NCBI GenBank assembly: GCA_050253415.1
Contig: JBFWJC010000002.1
Span: 741,567 to 805,566 of the forward strand
Source: Pedobacter sp.
GTDB taxonomy: Bacteria > Desulfobacterota > Desulfuromonadia > Desulfuromonadales > Syntrophotaleaceae
Reading direction: 5' to 3'
DNA: 64,000 nucleotides
The position numbers and the translations under genes are program-made. Shown in pieces: positions 57,120-64,000 of the stretch (position 1 is its first letter; every line of letters starts with the position of its first letter). A model generated the notes under the pieces. It ran no database searches and was not told the origin of the DNA. It saw only the letters and a program-made list of their open reading frames with translations.

Positions 57120-58460
57120 ATGGATTTGTTTTTCCGCTGTATCGAATGGCTGACCCAGGTGGCTGCCCGTGTAGGCGTGCCCGAACAGCAGCAGTCATTA
57201 GTGGCCACGATCACCTTCTGGGCCGGTTTAGCCGTGGTGGTTCTAATGGGAACTGGGCTTTTACGTCGGTTCATGCGTGTGTTCGCTGGTAAGCCGGTGC
57301 AAAAGGTCAAGCCGCCTGTAGAAGAACCCGCGGTGGAAGAACCTGCGGTGGAAGAACCTGCGGTGGAAGAACCTGCGGTGGAAGAACCCGCAGTGGAAGA
57401 ACCTGCGGTGGAAGAACCCGCAGTGGAAGAACCCGCGGTGGAAGAACCCGCAGTAGAAGAACCCGCAGTGGAAGAACCCGCAGTGGAAGAACCCGCAGTG
57501 GAAGAACCTGCAGTGGAAGAACCTGCAGTGGAAGAACCCGCAGGACTACTGCGGCGTATGCGTGCCGGGCTTTCTAAAACCCAGGCCTCGTTTGTGGGCA
57601 GAATCGATGCGTTGTTACGAGGACGCCAGGGTGTTGATGAAGAACTCCTTGAAGATCTGGAGGAAATTCTCATTACGGCCGATCTTGGGATGAAAACGAC
57701 TCAGCAACTTATTCAATCGCTTGAAACGCGGCTGGCTAAAGGACAGGCCAATGATCCTGGTGCCTTGCGCAACGCTCTTAAAGAGGAGATTCATCAACGT
57801 CTCATGCGGGAGTCTGCTCCATTGGATCCTCAGCGGGCGACCCCCTTTGTGATCATGGTCGTGGGGGTCAATGGTGTTGGCAAAACCACCACCATCGGCA
57901 AGTTGGCCCACCAGTTTATGCGTCAGGGCAAAAAGGTCGTGGTAGGAGCCGGCGACACCTTTCGAGCCGCGGCGGCGGAACAGCTTGAGGTGTGGGGACA
58001 ACGTGCCGGAGTTGACGTGATTCGCCAATCGGCAGGTTCCGATCCTGCGGCCGTGGCTTTTGACGCCATCAAGGCGGCCCAGGCCCGTAAGGCTGATGTG
58101 TTGCTGCTCGATACGGCCGGGCGTCTTCATAATAAGGTTCATCTTATGGAGGAACTCAAGAAGATTCGCCGGGTTCTTGATCGCGAAATGCCGGGGGCGC
58201 CACATGAAACATTGCTGGTGATCGATGCCACAACTGGACAGAACGCCCTGGTACAGGCACGATTATTTCAGGAAGCGGTGGCCGTAACGGGAGTCGCATT
58301 GACCAAACTCGATGGCACTGCGCGCGGCGGGATGCTGGTTGCCATCGGAGATGAACTCGGGTTGCCTATTCACTTTGTCGGTATAGGCGAAGGCATTGAG
58401 GACCTGCGGCCCTTCGATCCGGAACTTTTTGTTGAGGCGCTGTTTCGACAGGATGGATAA
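57120..58460 (+). CDS. ftsY: SRP receptor FtsY with N-terminal TM and acidic repeat linker
   Basis: [32 protein letters not shown]. Confidence 0.96.
   Translation: MDLFFRCIEWLTQVAARVGVPEQQQSLVATITFWAGLAVVVLMGTGLLRRFMRVFAGKPVQKVKPPVEEPAVEEPAVEEPAVEEPAVEEPAVEEPAVEEPAVEEPAVEEPAVEEPAVEEPAVEEPAVEEPAVEEPAVEEPAGLLRRMRAGLSKTQASFVGRIDALLRGRQGVDEELLEDLEEILITADLGMKTTQQLIQSLETRLAKGQANDPGALRNALKEEIHQRLMRESAPLDPQRATPFVIMVVGVNGVGKTTTIGKLAHQFMRQGKKVVVGAGDTFRAAAAEQLEVWGQRAGVDVIRQSAGSDPAAVAFDAIKAAQARKADVLLLDTAGRLHNKVHLMEELKKIRRVLDREMPGAPHETLLVIDATTGQNALVQARLFQEAVAVTGVALTKLDGTARGGMLVAIGDELGLPIHFVGIGEGIEDLRPFDPELFVEALFRQDG
57318..57542 (+). repeat. Coding tandem repeat, 15 x 15 bp (VEEPA)
   Basis: GTRGAAGAACCYGCR repeated 15 times (225 bp), with only synonymous variation. 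Confidence 0.97.
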
Positions 58461-58464
58461 TTCC

Positions 58465-58494
58465 TTGACTAAAGGGTTCTTTCTTTTCTAAAAT
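58465..58494 (+). promoter_or_regulatory. Putative sigma-70 promoter for zapB-zapA
   Basis: TTGACT-N18-TAAAAT. Confidence 0.5.
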
Positions 58495-58519
58495 TCATTT
58501 TCAATGAGCAGAGGTTGCC

Positions 58520-58711
58520 GTGGACTTAGCACTGATTCTTCAATTGGAAAAAAAGATCGATCAACTTCTGGCCCGCAAACAGGCGCTGGAAGAACAATGT
58601 CAGCAGTTGGTTGCCGACAGGGATCGTCTGGCGCAGGAACGGGAACGTTTTGTTGCCGAGGTGGATAGGATTCTGGCCAAGCTTGACGGTTTGGATCTGG
58701 AGGTGTCTTGA
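58520..58711 (+). CDS. zapB: ZapB-like coiled-coil cell division protein
   Basis: 63-aa heptad coiled coil (LEKKIDQLL) directly upstream of zapA. Confidence 0.65.
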   Translation: MDLALILQLEKKIDQLLARKQALEEQCQQLVADRDRLAQERERFVAEVDRILAKLDGLDLEVS

Positions 58712-59010
58712 AGCAGGCTGTCCAGGTTACAGTTTTAGGTCAGCAATACACCATCCGAAGCGCGATGGCGCCGGAACAAGTGTGCCGGGTCGCCGATTTT
58801 GTGAATGAAAAGATTGCCGAGGTTGTGGCTGCCAGTCGGGCGGTCGATACCTTGAATACGGCGGTTCTTGCTCTGCTCAATGTGGGCGAAGCCTACTTGC
58901 GGTTGCGTGATGCCAGTCAGGTTAGTGACGAGGCTTTGACGGCACAATTGCAGGATCTTGTGGCGCGCCTCGAAGCAGCTTGTCCGGAAGCGCTTCCGCC
59001 AGAAAAGTGA
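58708..59010 (+). CDS. zapA: Cell division protein ZapA
   Basis: VQVTVLGQQYTI...VADFVNEKI...AVLALLN; TTG start after GGAGG. Confidence 0.85.
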   Translation: MKQAVQVTVLGQQYTIRSAMAPEQVCRVADFVNEKIAEVVAASRAVDTLNTAVLALLNVGEAYLRLRDASQVSDEALTAQLQDLVARLEAACPEALPPEK

Positions 59011-59140
59011 ATTTGTGGATGCTGTTGTCGGCAGGCAGTTCAATGTTTTGTTTGTAAGATGCATTCAAAGGGCGCTTTGCGCCAGGCCATCTCTGTTTGG
59101 AGATTTTAGATAGATTCGGTTGGTTGATGCTTTCCAAAAC

Positions 59141-59424
59141 CCTGCGTATTTGGCCAGGTGTTTTGTTTGTTCGGTTTTTCAGATATCTTTTGCGTGTGCT
59201 ATTGCGCTTTATCGTTTCTTGTGAGCTGATTTGTCGCTGTTATTTGAGGCGGAATGCCAGATTCTCTCGTTTTGTCCCGGAAAAACTGCCAGGTGAAGTG
59301 CCTGTGCCCTTTTCGGAATGAAGGTATTCAAGAAACGGTTTCTGTAAAACTGGACAGGTTGATGCCTCTCTCCCCATCTCTCATCTAGAAAATCTCCCAT
59401 CGGAGATCGCCGCTGTATGCGGGG
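59141..59424 (+). ncRNA. ssrS: Possible 6S RNA (ssrS) locus, atypical length
   Basis: Canonical position between zapA and ygfA; closing stem CCCTGCGTAT / GTATGCGGGG. The interior is not recognisably canonical. Confidence 0.4.
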
Positions 59425-59432
59425 TCTCTACC

Positions 59433-60020
59433 ATGCCCAAAAAATCGCTTCGCGGGACCATGCTGGCCCGCCGCAAACATCTGGCAGCGGAAGTCTGCCT
59501 TAGCCACAGTCTCAGGATTCAGCGGCGGGTGGTGATGTTGCCTGCCTTTGAGCAGGCTGAGGTCGTTGCACTTTACAGTCCTATCCTGAACGAAGTTTTT
59601 ACGGAGGAGGTTTTTCACGAGGCTCTGCGCCAGGGAAAAACCATTGCCTATCCGCGGGTGATCGGCGAGCGACTCGATTTCGTTTCAGTGGCGTCGCCCT
59701 CCGAGCTTTCGCCCGGGGCGTTTGGTGTGTTGGAACCGACTGGTACCAAGGTGCTGCCATCCAATGTTCTGGATTTGGTGTTGGTGCCAGGGGTGGCTTT
59801 TGATGTGGCGGGGAACCGGTTGGGATACGGTAAGGGGTTTTATGACCGGGTGCTTTGCGGGGCAGGGCGTCCTGCTTTGTCCGTAGGACTGTGTTTTGAA
59901 TTGCAGTTGGTAGAGCGCCTGCCGGTTGAAGATCACGATGCATGTCTGGATCTATTGATTACCGAAGAAAGAGATTACTCTTTCACACCGTCTGGGCGGT
60001 GTATGCTGGAAAGCACATAA
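59433..60020 (+). CDS. ygfA: 5-formyltetrahydrofolate cyclo-ligase
   Basis: K..LR, NEV, YPRV, LVPGVAFD..GNRLGYGKGFYDR, HD..LD..ITE. Confidence 0.92.
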   Translation: MPKKSLRGTMLARRKHLAAEVCLSHSLRIQRRVVMLPAFEQAEVVALYSPILNEVFTEEVFHEALRQGKTIAYPRVIGERLDFVSVASPSELSPGAFGVLEPTGTKVLPSNVLDLVLVPGVAFDVAGNRLGYGKGFYDRVLCGAGRPALSVGLCFELQLVERLPVEDHDACLDLLITEERDYSFTPSGRCMLEST

Positions 60021-60038
60021 ATTTAGGAGGTTTGAACT

Positions 60039-61601
60039 TTGAGCATAGACATTCAGTGGATAGGGTTTGGCGCGGCCTTTTTGGTCGGCGCCCTTGGAGG
60101 TGCGCTGGTGCGCCGTAAGGTTGCCGCAACGCATCTGGCTGAAGCCAAACGAGCGGCCGATCAGATTTTGTTGGAGGCCGGCAAGGAAGCAGATATCCTC
60201 CGTAAGGAAGCGGAAATTCAGAAAAAAGACGCATTGCTGGAAGCAAAAACCGCATGGGAACAAGAGTCCCGTGAAATGCGCAAGGAATTGCAGTCACAGG
60301 AAAAGCGGCTTTTGCAGCGTGAGGAAAATCTTGATCGTAAGATCACGCAGGTTGATGCACGTGATGAAGAGATCATTCAGCGGGAAAAGCGCCTTGCCCA
60401 ACAGGAATCGCGCATCCGTACTTGCGAAAAGGAAGCCGAAGGCCTGCTGATTCAGCAGCGTGATAAACTCGAGGAAATTGCCGGACTCGGCGCTGAAGAA
60501 GCAAAGAAACAGCTTATGGAACAGGTGGCGAGCGAGGCCCGTCACGAGTGTGCTAAATGGGTCAAGCAGATCGAGGATGAAGCTAAGGAAACTGCCGATA
60601 AAAAAGCCCAGGAAATTCTGGCCTTGGCCGTGCAGCGTTATGCCGGTGATTTTGTCTCGGAAAACGCCGTCAGCGTCGTGCCTTTGCCCAACGATGAAAT
60701 GAAAGGTCGCATTATCGGCCGCGAGGGGCGCAATATCCGCGCCATCGAGGCGGCTACCGGTATCGATCTGATTATCGATGACACCCCTGAGGCCGTAATC
60801 ATTTCAGGGTTTAACCCGGTCCGGCGGGAGATTGCGCGTCTGGCTCTGGAGAAACTCATCGGCGATGGGCGTATTCACCCGGCACGCATCGAAGAAGCGG
60901 TGACCAAGGCTACCCAGGATGTCGATACGGCGATCCGGGAGGCTGGCGAACAAGCTACTTTCGATGTTGGCGTGCATGGTATCCATCCCGAGATCGTTAA
61001 ACTTATCGGACGCCTGCGTTACCGCACCTCCTATGGGCAGAACGTGTTGCAGCATTCCATTGAGGTTGCCTTCCTTTGTGGCATCATGGCGGCGGAGCTG
61101 GGTATTAATGTCAAGCAGGCTAAGCGAGCAGGCTTGCTGCACGATATCGGCAAGGCTGTCGATCACGAGGTTGAAGGGTCGCATGCGGTTATCGGCGCCA
61201 ACCTGGCGCGCAAATACGGTGAATCATCCAAGATTGTTCACGCCTTGGCCGCCCATCACGAGGATGAAAAACCCTCAACTGTGTTGGCGGTATTGGTGCA
61301 AGCTGCGGATGCTCTTTCCGGTGCCCGGCCCGGCGCCCGTCGTGAAATGCTGGAAACCTACGTCAAGCGCTTGCAGGACCTGGAGCGAATCGGGACATCG
61401 TTTGCTGGCGTGACCAATTGTTTTGCCATTCAGGCGGGTCGCGAAATTCGTGTCATGGTTGCCAGCGAAGAGGTGTCGGATGTGCAGTCGCATGCACTGG
61501 CCAAGCAGATCGCCAAGCAGATTGAAGAAGAAATGGCTTATCCCGGTCAGATCAAGGTGAATGTCATCCGCGAAACCAGAGCGGTTGAGTTTGCCAAGTA
61601 A
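60039..61601 (+). CDS. rny: Ribonuclease Y
   Basis: N-terminal TM, coiled coil, KH ([13 protein letters not shown]), HD domain (LLHDIGK), [10 protein letters not shown]. Confidence 0.96.
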   Translation: MSIDIQWIGFGAAFLVGALGGALVRRKVAATHLAEAKRAADQILLEAGKEADILRKEAEIQKKDALLEAKTAWEQESREMRKELQSQEKRLLQREENLDRKITQVDARDEEIIQREKRLAQQESRIRTCEKEAEGLLIQQRDKLEEIAGLGAEEAKKQLMEQVASEARHECAKWVKQIEDEAKETADKKAQEILALAVQRYAGDFVSENAVSVVPLPNDEMKGRIIGREGRNIRAIEAATGIDLIIDDTPEAVIISGFNPVRREIARLALEKLIGDGRIHPARIEEAVTKATQDVDTAIREAGEQATFDVGVHGIHPEIVKLIGRLRYRTSYGQNVLQHSIEVAFLCGIMAAELGINVKQAKRAGLLHDIGKAVDHEVEGSHAVIGANLARKYGESSKIVHALAAHHEDEKPSTVLAVLVQAADALSGARPGARREMLETYVKRLQDLERIGTSFAGVTNCFAIQAGREIRVMVASEEVSDVQSHALAKQIAKQIEEEMAYPGQIKVNVIRETRAVEFAK

Positions 61602-61685
61602 GAGCTCATTTTCAAGGGAGTCTGGTGAGAGTTTCTGCTGTCGGGTATCCCCGGAATTGTTTGTTTATTATGGAGAACGATACTT

Positions 61686-62468
61686 TTGAATATTTTGTTT
61701 ATCGGGGATATTATCGGCCGTACCGGTCGGCGTGCGGTTGAGGCGCGGCTTCATCATCTGGTGGATGCACATAGCATCGATCTGGTGATAGCCAATGGCG
61801 AAAATGCTGCAGCGGGATTCGGGCTGACGATCAACATCGCTGCTGAATTATATGATCTGGGTATTGATGTCATAACCTCCGGCAATCATATCTGGGATAA
61901 GCGGGAGGTCTACGATTATCTTGACCGCGAACCGCGTTTGCTGCGGCCAGGCAATTATCCTCCGGGGTTACCCGGTCGCGGCAGCGGGGTTTATTCTACG
62001 GCGGCTGGCTTGAAGGTGGGAGTACTTAATCTCGAGGGGCGGGTCTTTATGAATAATCTCGATTGCCCTTTCCGTGCCGCTGATCGCGAAATAGAAATCT
62101 TGCGTCAGCAGACGCCCATCATTCTGGTCGATTTTCATGCCGAGGCCACCAGCGAAAAGGCGGCCCTCGGCTTCTATCTTGACGGTAGGGTGTCCGCAGT
62201 TGTCGGTACCCACACCCATGTGCAGACGGCTGACGAGAGGATCCTCGCCAATGGTACGGCTTATATTTCCGATGCCGGCTTGACCGGAAGCCGAGATGCC
62301 GTCATCGGCATGCGCAAGGATGAAGCTATCGATAAATTTCTTACTCAGTTGCCTGTGCGTTTCGAGGTTGCGAAAAAAGATCCGATCCTGTGTGGTGTTC
62401 TGGTTGAGGTAGATGAGGTGACCGGCAGGGCCACTAAGGTCCAGCGCATTCTTGAGGAAGTGGCGTAG
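61686..62468 (+). CDS. ymdB: YmdB-family (TIGR00282) metallophosphoesterase
   Basis: GDIIG, NGENAAAG, SGNHIWD, DFHAEATSEK, GTHTHVQTAD. Confidence 0.9.
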   Translation: MNILFIGDIIGRTGRRAVEARLHHLVDAHSIDLVIANGENAAAGFGLTINIAAELYDLGIDVITSGNHIWDKREVYDYLDREPRLLRPGNYPPGLPGRGSGVYSTAAGLKVGVLNLEGRVFMNNLDCPFRAADREIEILRQQTPIILVDFHAEATSEKAALGFYLDGRVSAVVGTHTHVQTADERILANGTAYISDAGLTGSRDAVIGMRKDEAIDKFLTQLPVRFEVAKKDPILCGVLVEVDEVTGRATKVQRILEEVA

Positions 62469-62566
62469 CTGGCTGGTTGCTTAAGGGCGCCGTCGGCGGA
62501 AACACAGTTCGGGGAAAATCGGCCAACGATAGGGCTGTCTACCCAATTTAGTGAAAAGGTGTACGT

Positions 62567-63784
62567 ATGAAATCGGTTCAGGAGCAGATGGCAATCATTC
62601 GCCGCGGTGCGGTGGAAATTCTGGTAGAAAGCGAACTTGAGCAGAAGCTCAAAAAGTCTGTCGAGACCGGAGTTCCTCTTAAAATCAAGGCTGGATTTGA
62701 TCCGACTGCACCCGACCTGCACCTCGGACATACCGTACTGATTCAGAAGTTGAAACAGTTTCAGGACCTGGGTCACGATGTGCATTTTTTGATCGGTGAT
62801 TTTACCGGTATGATCGGTGATCCGACGGGTAAAAATGAAACCCGCAAGGCTTTGACCCGCGAAGAAGTCCTGAAGAACGCTGAAACTTACAAGGAGCAGG
62901 TGTTTAAGATACTCGATCCGGCTCGTACCAAGGTTGTATTTAATAGCAGCTGGATGGGGCAGATGTCCGCTGCTGATCTGATCGGTTTGGCCGGGCGCTA
63001 TACCGTGGCCCGCATGCTGGAGCGTGATGATTTTCATAAACGGTTTACCGGTCAGCAGCCTATCGCCATTCATGAATTTCTTTACCCTCTGGTCCAGGGA
63101 TATGACTCGGTGGCGCTGCAAGCGGACGTGGAGCTCGGTGGAACCGACCAGAAGTTCAATTTGTTGGTCGGTCGGGAGTTGCAAAAGCAGGAAGGGCAGG
63201 CGCCGCAATGTGTGCTCACCATGCCCCTGCTTGAAGGGTTGGACGGTGTCAATAAGATGAGCAAGTCTCTTGGTAACTATATCGGCATCACAGAGGCTCC
63301 CAAGGAGATCTTTGGCAAGGTGATGAGTGTCTCCGATGAGCTGATGCTGCGATATTATGAATTGCTGTCCGATGTAGACCTTATCCATTTACAAGCCGTG
63401 CGGGATGGAGTGCATGGCAAGGATGGGGGTAAGCACCCCATGGAAAGTAAGAAAGCCCTGGCCCGTGAGATGGTGGCGCGGTTTTACGACCAGGATGCCG
63501 CGTTGCGTGCCGAAGAAGATTTCGTTCATCAGTTCAAGCAGAAGGAAATCCCTGACGATATTCCGGAGGTTGTTGTCGATAGCAAGGAGCCCGTGTGGAT
63601 CTGCCGGTTGCTGACCGATGCGGGATTGACCGCCTCCAACGGCGAGGCCCGACGGCTCATCAAGCAGGGCGCGGTTAAACTCGATGGCGAAAAGGTTGAG
63701 GATGCCGACAGGGAGATTCCAGCCACTGGTGAGTTGATTCTGCAGGCGGGTAAGAGACGTTTTGCCCGGATAAAATTTTTTTGA
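62567..63784 (+). CDS. tyrS: Tyrosine--tRNA ligase
   Basis: [33 protein letters not shown]-terminal S4. Confidence 0.97.
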   Translation: MKSVQEQMAIIRRGAVEILVESELEQKLKKSVETGVPLKIKAGFDPTAPDLHLGHTVLIQKLKQFQDLGHDVHFLIGDFTGMIGDPTGKNETRKALTREEVLKNAETYKEQVFKILDPARTKVVFNSSWMGQMSAADLIGLAGRYTVARMLERDDFHKRFTGQQPIAIHEFLYPLVQGYDSVALQADVELGGTDQKFNLLVGRELQKQEGQAPQCVLTMPLLEGLDGVNKMSKSLGNYIGITEAPKEIFGKVMSVSDELMLRYYELLSDVDLIHLQAVRDGVHGKDGGKHPMESKKALAREMVARFYDQDAALRAEEDFVHQFKQKEIPDDIPEVVVDSKEPVWICRLLTDAGLTASNGEARRLIKQGAVKLDGEKVEDADREIPATGELILQAGKRRFARIKFF

Positions 63785-63832
63785 AATAAAGCAAAATAAA
63801 AGGTTGACAGTCAAACGAACATCTCGTATATT
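63783..63832 (+). promoter_or_regulatory. rRNA operon promoter with A-rich UP element
   Basis: TTGACA (63804-63809), 17 nt, then TATATT (63827-63832), GC-rich discriminator; boxA-like GGTCTTTGAAAA near 63879. Confidence 0.8.
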
Positions 63833-63976
63833 CGCCTTCCCTTCGGCGAGAAGGCAAGTAGGTAGCCGATGGGAAGCTGGTCTTTGAAAACTAAATAGCA
63901 GATATAAACGATGGTTTGCGGGTCATAAAGCAAACCAAAGCAACACACGAATCAGAATCAAATTATACAGTTATAT

Positions 63977-64000
63977 AAACTGGAGAGTTTGATCCTGGCT
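63977..64000 (+). rRNA. rrs: 5' end of 16S rRNA (truncated by the window)
   Basis: AGAGTTTGATCCTGGCT (27F primer site) at 63984-64000, downstream of the rrn promoter and leader. Confidence 0.95.

Noticed and set aside
57318..57542. Tandem repeat as a CRISPR array; antisense ORF 57092..57673 with AGSST repeats
   Set aside because: No spacers, in frame within ftsY, and no cas genes. The antisense ORF is just the mirror of the repeat.
62469..62566. T-box leader before tyrS
   Set aside because: The gap is only 98 nt, with no T-box consensus or terminator.

Overview
A 64 kb chromosomal segment of a GC-rich Desulfuromonadales-type deltaproteobacterium. The gene content (ato, rpoH with CIRCE, smc-roadblock-ftsY-zapB-zapA-ygfA-rny-ymdB-tyrS-rrn) suggests Pelobacter/Syntrophotalea, which is an inference. 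From left to right it holds: (i) the 3' part of an uptake operon combining an ECF transporter, a TiaS-like enzyme, a Cys-rich mini-protein, a secreted DxDxDG-repeat protein and ExbB-ExbD-TonB; (ii) a GGR-family reductase, a divergent KamA-like radical SAM enzyme, an unannotated sRNA candidate with an anti-Shine-Dalgarno tract, and a single-subunit molybdenum-storage-protein homolog; (iii) housekeeping and envelope genes (ato, bamD, rpoH, recQ, xthA, ompW, ompA, a LolA-like/ABC/outer-membrane operon, csp, rlmD, ispG, pgi), with several short-period palindromic repeat elements between genes; (iv) a sensor kinase/sigma-54 regulator pair followed by MCP, cheW and MCP genes with sigma-54 promoters; (v) trmO, a MEDS-PAS kinase, a Nudix hydrolase, menG/ubiE, an AsmA-like gene and an RluA-family gene; (vi) the smc...tyrS cluster, which includes a 15x15-bp coding repeat in ftsY and an atypical 6S RNA locus, ending in an rRNA promoter and the first bases of 16S rRNA. 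No CRISPR array, transposase, integrase or tRNA gene was seen. The best candidates for undescribed biology are the TonB/ECF/TiaS-like operon (1-5681) and the sRNA plus MoSto-like locus (8839-10106). All product calls come from recognising motifs by eye; no searches were run.
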